Source: Stegostoma tigrinum
Lineage: Eukaryota
Length of the DNA stretch: 64,000 nucleotides
Assembly (NCBI RefSeq): GCF_030684315.1
Contig: NC_081386.1
Coordinates: 14,145,914-14,209,913, forward strand
Direction: 5' to 3'
Shown: positions 10,892 to 23,411 of the stretch, piece by piece
Layout of the letters: the number at the start of each line of letters is the position of its first letter
Position numbering within the stretch: position 1 is the first letter of the stretch
Position numbers and translations under genes: made by a program
The notes under the pieces: generated by a model
Told to the model about the DNA's origin: nothing
Seen by the model: the letters and a program-made list of their open reading frames with translations, nothing else
Databases searched by the model: none

Positions 10892-10944
10892 TCCAATTAT
10901 GTTAAATTGACTTAACCACCACCCAAATTCTGTGGCATAACCCA

Positions 10945-11495
10945 AATTACAATCTCAACACAGGATTATTGCTCAGTTATTACTGCAGTATCTTAAGACA
11001 ATTGCATGCAGTTCTTGTTGCCACATCATATTTAGGATTTGGATGCATGGGAGAGGATGCTGTGAAGATTTGTAAGGATGATTATTGGAAAAAAATTGTA
11101 GGCTGCATTTCTTTTCTTTTGGCAAAAGAAAAGCCTGAGGAGTGTCCTAACAGTGGCCTTTAAAACTGTGAAGGGATCCAATGAGAAAGTTACAGACAGA
11201 GTATTTCCTCTTCTGGCTAAAAGCATAACCAGATGTAACCAACATAAGTTAGTCTCCAAGAAATCCAACAGAGAATTCAGAAGGAACTTCTTCACTCAAA
11301 AAATAGTCAGAACATGGAACACACCTACGCAGGGAGCAAAACTATCCAGTATAGTTGTATTTTATGGGAAATTGGAACAAAGGGAATAGATCCTTGCAAT
11401 GGTAGATTTGGATAAACAAAACTATGAAAATTTTCAAGAGGAGTATCAAAACGGGTGTGGACTGATTCGATAAAAAAGGCCTATTATTGTGCCTT
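10945..11495 (+). mobile_element. Old CR1-type LINE 3' fragment
   Basis: 'FRRNFFTQKIVRTWN' matches the CR1 ORF2 C-terminal motif (compare RGGFFTQRVVRAWN at 24.4 kb). Confidence 0.7.
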
Positions 11496-11656
11496 GTATG
11501 CTCCCTTCTTCTCCCACAGACTGCCTGCATCGATCGTAAATTATTTCTTTTTGAAAGCCTCCTCCTATTTCTCTATTACTGTTTTCCTCACCAGTTTTTG
11601 GTTATATTTGGTCCAGATTCCTTTTCAACTCTGAAGTTATCTGTCCTTCAGTTAAT

Positions 11657-11864
11657 AAAATGTGAGGCTGGATGAACACAGCAGGCCAAGCAGCATCTCA
11701 GGAGCACAAAAGCTGACGTTTCGGGCCTAGACCCTTCATCAGAGGAAGGGTCTAGGCCCGAAACGTCAGCTTTTGTGCTCCTGAGATGCTGCTTGGCCTG
11801 CTGTGTTCATCCAGCCTCACATTTTATTATCTTGGAATCTCCAGCATCTGCAGTTCCCATTATC
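11657..11864. mobile_element. Palindromic Penelope-like terminal insertion; intact hammerhead motif at 11715-11742 (minus)
   Basis: Perfect inverted arms of about 85 bp; 17-bp duplication TCTGTCCTTCAGTTAAT (11640-11656 and 11865-11881). Confidence 0.9.
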
Positions 11865-13468
11865 TCTGTCCTTCAGTTAATTTGTTTTATACTTAATTGT
11901 ACATTTCCTTTCCAATGATTATCCTCGTCCTAAAGATATTATGATCAGCATTACCCAAGTACTCTCTCACTGAACCCTCTTCCAATTCACCATTTCATTC
12001 TCTAGAACCAGATCTGGCACTGTTTTCTTCCGCAGTTGGCTAAAATACACCGAGTTAGGAAGTTTTCTTGTATATCATTCAGGAATTCCAAACACTTTGC
12101 CTTTTAAAATTTACTAGCCTTGTCTATATTAGGATAATTGAACTCTCCCAGTGTCACTACTCTGGAGTTTTTGTATCTTGATAACTTGCCAATAAATAAG
12201 CCAGACTATCTTTTACCTGTTATTTTGTGGCAATTAAACAATAGCTCTTTTATTGATCATTAATTCTGACCAAACAGGCTTTGTGTTTGTCCTGTCAACA
12301 GTATCTTCCTCTAGTGTTACATATTGCACACTATGTATCATCATTTTTATCATTTTTTGCTTTTAGTTCCTCAGCATGCAAACTAATAATGCATTCATTA
12401 AATTCTGATTCATTTAGGATTGCATACTTAATGCAAGCTTGGCACATTTTATTCAGATTTAATCTTGAGTTTGTGGTTTGTTTGACGTATTTATTGTCGT
12501 TTATAAACCCTGTACAACTGATAGGTTCTCTATAGAGAATACAAACTTGCATGTATTACACTGAAAATGAGATTCCTGTCAAAACAGTAACCAAGTGCTA
12601 ATGTAACATCAGTCAAAATTTCACACAATACTGTCACATCTAATGCAATGTCAATACCATATCAAAAATAATCAATTTTTAATCACACATTCTAAATAGT
12701 TAATCATCATTTGTCATACTTCTGCAAGACCACTTAAATTCTTGTATTTTTCTACTTGAATAAGCTGTCATTTTGAGAAGCATTAGGCTTAGTAACTGTT
12801 TATGCCTTCTGTTCTTCCAAAACGTTATCTATCATTGTCAGAGATGTTCCTTTTGCACAATGTACGTCATACTGATGTTTGATCATTTTGTGCTCTCTTG
12901 AAGGGATAAGGGTGCTCACAGCTGACATTGAGAAGAGGCCCCCTGAGAAATCTAGTGGATCAAAATTGGCAAAAACCCTAACTCATGCTATACAATTGAA
13001 CTTGCATTGTTCACTGGGGATTCACAAGATCAAGCTGCAGTGCTATCAACAAACCACTAAAGCAACCAGTCACATGATAGAATTCTCACAGTCATCCATT
13101 CAAAAATACAAAACACAAATAATCAAATCACACTTTTGAAACAATTACATAGACCAAAATAAAGATTGGGGCGTACTCCTGTGCTGAAGGTAAAAGATGA
13201 AATGCCATGGAAAAATGGAATTTCTTTTCTAGTTATTGAAAACAAAAAATCAATATTAAATCATAATGGAGACATTACCAACATTCCACGTAGTTTTGAG
13301 TCCTAGGTTGGGATTTTCAGCAACAGTTTCAATCCAGATCATGGTCACAAACTATACTTGTATTTCGTTGAACTGACCTTGATATTTTCTAGGATTTCTA
13401 ACAACCATGTGACATCTGAACTGATTTTGCTGATTGCTAAATCTGGTTTGGACTTTGGAGATTGTGAT

Positions 13469-13832
13469 CACAGAATCATAGAAACCCCGCAGTGTGAAAG
13501 CAGGCCATTTGGCCCATTGAGTCCACACCGACCCTTCAAAGAACATCCCACCCAAACACACCACCTCTAACCTATCCCTGTAGCCCTGCATTTATTGTAG
13601 CTAATCCACCTAACCAGCATACCCCTGGACACTATGGGCAATTTAGCTTGACTAATCAACCTAACGTGCACATTTTTGGACTATGAAAGGAAACCAGAGC
13701 ATCTAGAGGAAACCCAGACAGACATGGGGAGAATGTGCAAACTCCACATGGACAGATACCCAGGGTGGATTCAAACTTGGGTTCCTGGTGCTGTGAGGTA
13801 GCAATGCTGGCCACTGAGCTACCATGCTGCAC
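13469..13832 (-). mobile_element. HE1-type SINE
   Basis: Reverse complement of the family seen at 9605-9926, including the tRNA-like head. Confidence 0.85.
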
Positions 13833-15250
13833 ACAAATGTATGGTTAGGGTCCACACACAGTTAGGAACAGACCAGTGAATAATGAACTACAATTACAGC
13901 ACTTGTAAGTGAAATTGCATTCAGATTCAGTGCAGCAATGACACCATAAAAACCTGTACAAATTCTGGATCAATATAAGACAAAAAAAAATCAAGGATTA
14001 TAGAAAAGCTTTTCACCCCATTGAATCTCTCCTGTAACTCTTTCATTACATCATTCATTATACCTGAAACTGTTTTGCTGTTTTTGCCTTCACAATAAAC
14101 CACCTGACAAGCTTTACAAATGATTTTCGTGTTTTGCATAGAAAGATTCTGGCTAACAAATTAATCTCACTTTGTACTGATTTAAATTTCTATTCTCACG
14201 CTTGATGCTAACGTGAACATGTCTCAGTCCTCCAGGATCTTCCCAATGATTTTACATCTCCACCTGTAAATTGTGTTTCCTCAACCACACTCCTACAACA
14301 ATAAGCTATTCCTTGTCCTTGCTCTTTCTATTCTATTTTTGGTTGCCTTTTGTTCAACCTCTGATGCCCTATCATCTAAAACAACTGACAGTTTATACGT
14401 TTATTCCTTAGAGTATGTTTACTCTCAAGCTCTCAGTTTTCAATGATGGTCCATATTTTCATTTTTCATCTCCAGCACTCCCTGTTGTGCTGTTGACGGA
14501 GTCATCATGAAGAATACCACAGGAAACAGGCCTGTTGCTTTACCGTCTGACGTTTGCGTTCTTGGCTTGTTTTAAGGCAATGTTTTATGTGGTTAAAGTG
14601 CCTTAGTGAACTTTCATCTCTCTACACCAGAGAGACTGGATTTCTTCAAATTCCCTTCATAGCACATCCTCCATATTTGGGGTCCAAAGTGTGCAGCTCA
14701 GCTCTTCAAAGTCAAGAATAGGAAATGTATTACATGGACTGCAATGAACTTTTATCACTGGAACCAGAACAGGCAGTAGCGGATTAACTGTATGTCATGG
14801 CATCACACCCAGAATTAATTTTCATTGATTTCCATATAATGCACATCAACTGGTTGATCTGGTAACACCTGTTTTCTGCTTGCTACCACAGTATATAGGT
14901 CATTGCTAGTCTATTATTCTTGCACCATAAAGGGATTGCCACATGGAGACATGGGCCCTTCCAAGTACCAGGTAACAGGCCTGTTCCATTCTCCCTTCCC
15001 CTTTTAAACTCCTTCCTACCTACAATCCCACTACCCCACCCCAAAACTCCTCATGTGACACAAGGGGTAGTAATAACTGAAAAATTAGGGGTAAAAGTGG
15101 TGTCAACAAAGTAAATGGTACTTCAACTAGAAATAATTAAGTTGTAATATTGTAATAACTTAAACAAACATTGGTGCAATTGAGTTCACAATTAACAAAT
15201 TTTACTTGCTAGAGTATAGAATTTGGCTCCTACAAGATCTTGAAGACATT

Positions 15251-15282
15251 TTATACATCATGCATATTCACGAGGGCCTGAG
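15251..15282 (-). CDS. CATSPER2: CATSPER2 coding exon 12 (terminal): (A)QALVNMHDV*
   Basis: Acceptor ttgttcacAG; matches the mammalian C-terminus VQALMNLEDK*; TAA at 15253-15251; phase consistent. Confidence 0.85.
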
Positions 15283-17099
15283 CTGTGAACAAACAAATAT
15301 ACATTAGCTATACAATTTTGTTTCATTTAAGGTTACATCCTTGCTATTTATTTTGGCCAGTACGGCAGTCTGCTGTGATCATGGAACATTCTATTTTACT
15401 TCTGTGGCTGAAAATAAAATCTATTTTGTAATTGTAAATATCATTGGGAATCTCACATAGCAAAACAGTGACACAGTGCTTTACTGTGTGAGAGCTGCAA
15501 GCCATTGCGCAAGCCAAAGGTGCTGTGGGAGTTATTGCAGACAATCCGAAGATTGTCCAATTTAGGTTTCTGACTGTAGTTACATAAAATGGGGACGAGG
15601 CACTGAGCAAGAAAATCAGGAGCTGGACTACAAGCAAGTGAAGAAGCATCGACTCAACAAAAGCAAAATATTGCTGATGCTGGAAATGAGAAATAAAGAC
15701 AGCAAGGTCTGAAACAGCTGATTCAGCAGCCTGGATCAAGGGAGGAAAACAGAGTTCATGCTAAAATCAGGAGCTGAAGTGGCCAAACCCTGAAAATACT
15801 GCCACCGGGCAACACACCAGTTTCCCAACACAGAGCATTTTAATGGAGGTGGATTCAGGATCCAGCCAGTCTGTCCATCTTCACAGGGTGTGGGTGCAGC
15901 CAAAGGCTGAAGTATAGGGGGTTTAATTCTACCCTCCAATCTCCCAAAGCACTGTGATTTTTTTTGTCTAGTTTTCACTTGATTTTTTTAAAAATGCTGA
16001 TGAGACAGCATCGCGTTGAAGTAACCTCTTAGTTACTTACTCTTTATTACAATCTGCTGCTCACTTGAAGTTGCAAGGCCTCCAGGCCATCCAGCTCTAA
16101 CTCTGCCTTTAGCTATTTTTTCCATGCCAACTGCAGGAGATTTTCAGGGGAACATTCAGTGAAGTCGGACTAGGTGAGTTACTCTTGCAGAGAGCTGGCA
16201 CAGACACAATGTGTCAAATGGCTGCCGTCTGTGTTGTAACTATTCTATGATTCTATAGACTACATCTGAAATGCCCTTTTCTTTCATAAAAGTGAAATAT
16301 TCTGTGTAAAATCCAACTGTTTTTGCACAGTTTTGAGATCAGGAAACACTCGCAGTTTGTGTTTTCTGCCTCCAAGTGAAAATTTAAGCCAGCATTTCCG
16401 TTTCACGACATTTTGATAGAGCCATAATTTCTCATTACCCTTGCAAAACATATAAATGGCAATTTAGAAAGTAACATTGGTAGACATTTAACAGGCAGCC
16501 ACCTTACTACTTATTGGTGTGGAATAACAAGGAGAATTTTACTTAATTCCTTGCCTTATACTTTTCCTTCCCAACTTTGTTGCAAATTGAAATTAAAAAC
16601 ATGAGGCATAGGAGCAGTAGTAGGCCTTTGAACCAGGGCCACCATCAATATGTTTATGGTGGAACCTCTGTATCAATTCCACTTTACCAACCAATCCCAC
16701 ATTCTTGATTCTCTTTGCAGCAAAATATCCATTGACTGCAGTCGTGAATATGCTTCATCATTGAGCAACCATACCTTCTGGGTGTAGAGCATGCGAAAGA
16801 TTAAAAACTATCAGTGCAAAAATGTTTATCTTCATCTCAGTCCTAATGAGCTAAAACAATCGGCACCCAGTGCTTGTGTGCACTGACTATTAATATTACT
16901 GCTGCCATTTTTCACATGACCTACTGAAGAATAAAGAAGAATCATTGGATTCAAAATGTTAACGCTGTTTTTCTTTCCACAGATGCAGCCAAACCTGCTG
17001 AGTTATTTCAACACTTTCTATGTTTATTGCCGAATCCCAGCATTCAGAGTATTTTGCATTTATTAAAGATTTATTAAGCATTTCTCATGTAGGTCAAAG

Positions 17100-17490
17100 A
17101 ACTATAGAATGGTTATAGTGCAGACGGTGCGCCATTTGGCCCATTGTATCCGTGCTAGCTCTCTGCAAGAGCAACACACCTAGTCCCACTCCCATCTAAT
17201 TTTCCTCTGAAAATCATTCTCATCGGATAACTAACCAATTCTTTTTCAAAAGTCAAAACTGAATCTGCCTCTACCACGGTCTCAGATAGTGCATTCTGAA
17301 TTCCAATCATCACAGCTGTACACACATAAACCTTCCTCATGTTACACTTGCTTCATTTTCCAATCATCTTAAACCAGTTATCTCATCTAATTCTCAACCC
17401 TTCCAACAAACAAGAGCAATTTTTCCCAATCTACTGTGTTCCTCGTGATTTTGAATTCTATCAAATCCCTCCTCAATGTACTCTTCTCTA
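17100..17490 (-). mobile_element. CR1-type LINE 3' fragment
   Basis: 'LEKSTLRRDLIEF' and 'LSETVVEADSVLTFEKEL' are CR1 ORF2 C-terminal motifs. Confidence 0.7.
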
Positions 17491-17499
17491 AAGAAATGT

Positions 17500-18422
17500 T
17501 TTGGATGTGAACATGGGAAGAATGGTTCGTAAGTTTGCAGATGACACCAAAATTGATGCTGTGTTGGACAGCAAAGAAGGTTACCTGAGAGCACAACCAG
17601 ACCTTGATCAGATTTACCAATGGGCTGAGGAGTTGCTGATGGAATTTAATTTAGGCAAATGTAAGGTGCTGAATTTTGGAAGGGCAAATCAGAGCAGGAC
17701 TTATACACTTAATGATTAGGTTCTGGGTGTGTTGCTGAACAAAAAGACCTTGGAGTGCAGGTTCATAGTTCCTTGAATGTGCAGTTGCAGGTATACAGGA
17801 TAGCGAAGAAAGCATTTGGAATGCTTGCCTTTATTGGTCAGTGCGTTGAGTATAGGAGTTGGGAAGTCATTTTGCGGCCACTTTTGAAATACTGCGTGCA
17901 ATTCTGGTCTCCCTGCTACAGGAAGGATATTGTGGAACTTGAAAGGGTTCAGAAAAGATTTATAAGGATCCTGCCAGGATTGGAGGGATTGAGCTATAGG
18001 GAGAGGATAGGCTCAGGCTATTTTCCCTGGAGCACCAGAAACTGAGGGGTAAGCTTATTGAGGTTTATAAAATAATGAGGGGCATGGATAAGGTGAATAC
18101 CCTTTTCCACAGGGTAGGGGAGTCCAAAACTAGAGGGCATAGGTTTAAGGTGAGAGGGGGAAGATTTAAAAGGGATATAAAGTACAACCTTTTCATGCAG
18201 AGATTGATGCATTTGTGGAATGATCTGCCTGAGAAAGTGTTGGAGGCTGGTACAATTACAATATTTGAAAGGCAGCTGGGTGGGTACATAAAAATGAAGG
18301 CTTTAGAGGACTATGGGCCAAATGCTGGCAGATGGGACTAGATAAATTTAGGATATCTGGTCAGCATGGATGGCTTGGACCAAAGGGTCTATTTCCATAC
18401 AATATATCGCTATGACTCGATG
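17500..18422 (+). mobile_element. CR1-type LINE 3' fragment (RT C-terminus, frameshifted)
   Basis: 'KFADDTKI', 'YCVQFWSP', 'LERVQKRF', 'KTRGHRFKV' in successive frames. Confidence 0.9.
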
Positions 18423-18591
18423 AAAGCAGCCCCAGATTCTTCAATCTGTCCATGTAACTAACGTTCCTCATCTCTCAAGTATCAGTCTCCTCTGGCTCCT
18501 GGAATGAAGCTTCTTCCTGAGCTATTTAATATTGCCTCATGTGTTCCAATAGCATACTCATTGTTCCTTCAGCACCAGTGTTTGCACCAAC

Positions 18592-18750
18592 CTGCAAGAA
18601 ATTGTAGTTTCTTCCGTTCACACAGATTGTATTGCAGCTGTTCTAGTAGCTCGTAGTAATGGAACAAAGAATCTCTGGGCCAGATGACCTTCTCTCTTGC
18701 TAAATTACTTTGCATCAGCTTTATGTTTTTACGAACATAGCTCTCCCAAT
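18592..18750 (-). CDS. CATSPER2: CATSPER2 coding exon 11
   Basis: (D)WESYVRKNIKLMQSNLAREKVIWPRDSLFHYYELLEQLQYNLCERKKLQFLA, matching mammalian DWETLVHEN...VWPRDSLFRYFELLEKLQYNLEERKKLQEFA; AG/GT borders. Confidence 0.95.
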
Positions 18751-18851
18751 CTGCGTAGAAATTAAAACAAAACGGATTTAAGTTGTTCTTTCATTCATAT
18801 TTAATCATGTGGTATTCTAACTGTGAAAAACACACGTGTATCAATTTTGAA

Positions 18852-19309
18852 CAGAGATAATGTGAACTGCAGACGCTGGAGAATCCAAGATAACAAAGTG
18901 TGGAGCTGGATGAACACAGCAGCCAAGCAGCATCTCAGGAGCACAAAAGCTGACGTTTCGGGCCTAGACCCTTCATCAGAGAGGGGGATGGGGAGAGGGT
19001 TCTGAAATAAATAGGGAGAGAGGAGGAGGTGGACTGAAGATGGATAGAGGAGAAGATAGGTAGAGAGGAGAGTCCATCCTCCCCTGACTGACCTATCCCC
19101 TCCCCACCTCCCCACCTACACTCTCCTCTCCACCTATCTTCTCCTCTATCCATCTTTGGTCTGCTTCCCTCTCTCTCCCTATTTATTTCAGAACCCTCTC
19201 CCCATCCCCCTCCCTGATGAAGGGTCTAGGCCCGAAACGTCAGCTTTTGTGCTCCTGAGATGCTGCTTGGCCTGCTGTGTTCATCCAACTTCACACTTTG
19301 TTATCTTGC
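18852..19309. mobile_element. Palindromic Penelope-like terminal insertion with two intact hammerhead motifs (18952-18979 minus, 19214-19241 plus)
   Basis: About 180-bp inverted arms; 12-bp TSD ATCAATTTTGAA (18840-18851 and 19310-19321). Confidence 0.9.
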
Positions 19310-19828
19310 ATCAATTTTGAAATTCTTTACATGCATCAGGGACCAGTAATCACGGGGATCTTTTTTACTGACGCACCCCTAAAGCAGGTTGGTCATAAAA
19401 CAGAGTGTCTTCACTTAGAAGTAGGGACACTGTCACAATATCTCAAAGGGCGCTCCTAATGGGGAAGCTACCCTTGCAAGAGGTGTTGGAACAACAGAAG
19501 ATTGTTCACTGTAGAAAGGAAAGACAGGATTGCTTTGTCTGCCTCATGTTCCTCTAGCTGCAGGAGCTACTGAGTTTGAGTAAGTTTAAAACTGTATGAT
19601 TCTGACAAATAAGCTGCAAAAGCTCCAACACCTTGAACTGTCATTCACGTAGACTTATTTTCACCATTTTTTAAATGTTAGCTATTTGAGGATAAGATGA
19701 TGCTTAAAGCATTGTGAATTCGGATATATACATTCATCGGATTTTTACACCTGTTGAAAATTGAAAAAAATTGTCAAAGAGGTGTAAAGTCACCATAGTC
19801 CCAGAGGATCATAGAGTTGCTCATCCAT

Positions 19829-19829
19829 T

Positions 19830-19860
<31 letters not shown>

Positions 19861-19893
19861 CGGACGGGGAAAGAGAGGGAGAGTGACAGAGAG
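19829..19893 (+). repeat. (GA)n microsatellite, imperfect
   Basis: agagagagagaaagagagagagagagagaga... Confidence 0.9.
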
Positions 19894-21666
19894 ACGTCTG
19901 GTGGTGGTTTAACCTGAGGCTCACCACATCTCAGGCAAGGGGAAATGTTGAGAAGGAAGGCCCCTTTAATGGTAACCTCTGCCAGTACAGGAATTGAACC
20001 ACATTGCAAACCAGCCACCTAGCCAACTGAGCTAATTGAATGACAGCATAGATATTTACTATATAAGGACAGTCACATTGGAATTTTTATCATTAAGGAG
20101 ATTTTAACTTAAAATTTCAATGAATTTAATGCAGAAATGTAGAAATCTGTAATAAAAGCGAAAATGCTGTAAACAATCAGAAGTTCAGTCAATATCTTTA
20201 AAGAGGGAAACAGTGCTAATATTTCAAGTCAGTGTACTTATGTCAGAAGTGGGAGAAGTGAGAATGTTGCCAATTTTGTCACAGCTGGTCACAGGGATGG
20301 GAGCACATACACAAAGACATCTGCACATCAACGTCAAAGCACAAAGTTATTGGACATGCAAGAGAAAGTCTGAGACATGCGTCTGAAGTGCAGAATGCTC
20401 CTGGAAAATCCAGGACTGTTGGTTGCCATGAATAAACCTCCATTTTCATCCCTGAAACATCAACCAACATCATCAATGTCTCAACTCACCTGCTGCCGAA
20501 ACTGTCAAGTACACGATCATACCTTCAAACTTGACCAAATGAAGCTACTTCTAGCTGGTCTCCTACATTCTACCCTCTGCAAATCTGAGGCCATCCAAAA
20601 CTCGACTGACTAAGTCTCAAATCACAGCAAGCCCTATTCCCTGGTCACCCTTGAACTCACTGACCCATACTGGCTCCTAGCCAAACAATCTGTTCGTCAC
20701 GTGATCTGTTATGAGTTCAGTCCAACCACAAGCCTCTGTTCCTTGGCTACTATGGGTATGTCAGGGATTGATGACTGAGGGAGTGTGACACTCATTGACA
20801 GGAAACTGCAAAATGTTTACACTTGAACCAAAACCAAGCTAAAGCTCGTAATTGCGGATAGGCTTTCTGTTTGAGGGTTTGAACGGAAAGAGAAAGACAC
20901 AGCTAAAAAAAAATGCAAAAATGCATAGAGTACTAGTTGGCTACTAAGTAATGTTCAGTGGATTCTTTATAGTCTACTTATTACAGTAAAATTCTTAAAG
21001 TTTGAAAGCTTGCACATTTCTTTTAAAGTTTGTAACTGAAAAATAAAAAAATATAAATTATTAATTCTACAGGGATTATAATAGTTTGCAGATCTTGTCA
21101 TGACCTTGTCCCTCACCATGATCCTCTCTAGCCCCTTCCGTGATGTCTACGCTTCTTTAATTTAGCCCCAATTAGTGGCCTTAATTTCAACTGCATTGGT
21201 CTACATAAATACTGTCAGTTTTACTCCTTTAAATTTAGCTCTTTCCTGATTATCTAAACTAATATCTCTTTCTGTGCATCACAATGATGCAATCTGGGAA
21301 GAATGTCCTGCAGTTAGCATTACAGTGAAGCAGACTGTGAACAATATCCTGTATGCTCTTGTTCATATGCTTGTGTATTTTAAAATGTTATGTAAAGCAC
21401 CTTAGGACAGTTTGTTATGTTAAAGGAGCCATATAAATGTGAGTTATCATTTTTCTTGACTTTCTGTCAAGCTTTGTTCGACCAATGTAGGAGTATGACT
21501 GTGAGGTCACAGGAGTGGAAAACAGCATTAAATTGACAGGTAACTTCAAACTGGGATCATGCCTATGAGTGAACAGAGATTTCTGTAAAGTGAATAGCCA
21601 GTCAGTATTTGGTCTCTTCAGTGTACAAGAGATCACATTACAAACAAAAAAGGGGGTAGGCCATTT

Positions 21667-21937
21667 AGAACAGAGTTAAGGAAAAACTTCTTCACCCAGA
21701 GAGTGGTAGATATATGGAACGCTCTGCCCCAGAAGGCAGTGGAGGCCAAGTCTTTGGATATTTTCAAGAAAGAGATGAATAAAACTCTTAAAGATAGTGG
21801 AATCAAGGTTTATGGGGATAAGGCAGGAACAGGATACTGATTGTGGATGATTAGCCATGATCATAATGAATGGTGGTGCTGGCTCGAAGGGCTGAATGGC
21901 CTACTCCTGCACCTATTGTCTATTGTCTATTGTCTAA
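21667..21937 (+). mobile_element. CR1-type LINE 3' end with (TCTATTG)n tail
   Basis: 'RKNFFTQRVVDIWNALPQKAVEA' followed by a 3' UTR and a tandem heptamer tail. Confidence 0.85.
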
Positions 21938-22366
21938 ACCTTAAATACGGGATACTAAATTTTAAAAAAACATGCATCTATAATGAAATTGAATGGTTAG
22001 CACTGTCAATGGGGGAAGGGAGGAGGTATTTCATCTTCTGCATACAGAAACACTGTGGGAGGGAAGGGAAATAACAGGGTGACTGTTTCTCCTTCAAAGA
22101 AGCTGCTGAACACGCTGAATATTTCCAGAAGATTCTGTTATCTTTATTCAACTGTCTAACCTCTAATAAGTTCACATTTCAGAGTGTATATTTACAATGC
22201 TAATTTGCAGTTAAATTGAAAGCAAAATACAAAAGGTTCTTAACAATCTTTATTTTTTAACAATAAAGATTGTTAAGCAAAAATTGAAAGTCAATAATGC
22301 AGTGTTTTTGAGATTCATGATATGTTTTAAAAGCTATCAAATAAATTAATCTTTCATTCATCTTAC

Positions 22367-22470
22367 CTTTGCCAGCTTTGTAAGACATATCACTTGAATG
22401 ACTCGCATGGCTGCTTGATCTAAAATCCATTTCACTCATGTGAGTTATTTCAGATTCTGATGGTCTCTCT
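22367..22470 (-). CDS. CATSPER2: CATSPER2 coding exon 10 (Ser-rich linker)
   Basis: ERPSESEITHMSEMDFRSSSHASHSSDMSYKAGK; acceptor catgtAG, donor G|GTAAG; phases 2/1 fit the neighbours; poorly conserved region. Confidence 0.7.
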
Positions 22471-23411
22471 CTACATGTAGTAAGCAGTAGAAATTAAAAG
22501 ATTGTAGTGCACAATGCTATAACATTTTTTTTCTTCACTTAGGTACTCTCCTCTTTTCTTCTGAAGGTATCAGCACAGTTCCAAAATCAGATCTAAGTAA
22601 TTGATTGAGCAGCCTTGATTTTCTTCATAAATTTGAATGATGAGTTCTGATGGGTTGTATAAAGGGTCATTATAACACACAGTCCAGTTCTATACTCAGC
22701 AAAACGTTTAAACTTTCTCCAATACATTTTTTTATGAAATTGTTTGTCCAGGAACAAAAGCTATTTGGGATTTCTATTAGATTATGAATATAACTTTCAT
22801 TTCGGGTGTCTGAACATCTGTGCTTTCCAGCAGGAATACTTTGAGGCAGCAATCAGAAGCAGACTGGTTTTTCTCTTTCCTCAACCACATACATTAAAGT
22901 CGATCAGCAACTTTCAGCTCTTCTAGCTGTGATAGCAGTCAACTCAGGATGAATCAAGGCAGAACACAGGCCTCGCCTGGTATTTTGCTTCAATTCCACA
23001 GAGAGCTGCACCTATTGAGCCATTTTGGTTATTTTGCAATTTGCAAACACTTTCTTGTCCAAAATCAAAGAAAAAACCTCATAAGGGACTCACTTTGTTT
23101 TTCTAAAATAAAATTATGAAGCCATTAAACTGACACATAAAAATAGCTAAAAATGCTGGAAATCTGAAAGATAAATAGAAAATACTGGAAATATTCAGTA
23201 GGCAAGACCAGTGCTGCATGGTTTGCTGGTTATTTTCAGCATTTTCTTTTCCTAAACTGATCATTAAGCCTGGGAAAATACAAGGACTATATAGTTGCAT
23301 TTTGACAATATTTCAACATGCTCAGAAATGTAATTGGTGATGGTGATTAATTAAATGAACAAAATAATGGGAATATTTATGTTGGATAATATTTAAGGAA
23401 TAAATTGAAAG

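Noticed and set aside
10654-11864. Repeated units considered as a CRISPR-like array, DNA-transposon MITEs or miRNA hairpins
   Set aside because: Eukaryotic context, no repeat-spacer periodicity, variable 9-17 bp TSDs, unequal arm ends and linkage to a GIY-YIG ORF all indicate Penelope retro-insertions
13927-14139. ORF with superficial hAT-transposase flavour
   Set aside because: No diagnostic motif or TIRs; kept only as part of the unexplained exon-like region
15344-15978. 131-aa and 80-aa minus-strand ORFs in the last CATSPER2 intron
   Set aside because: They overlap decayed repeat termini, with no recognisable domain or splice-phase role
22539-22592. Possible extra CATSPER2 mini-exon (SDFGTVLIPSEEKRRVP) upstream of exon 10
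   Set aside because: Phase-compatible but has a weak donor and would leave only a 68-nt intron; not needed for frame; cannot be supported without cDNA
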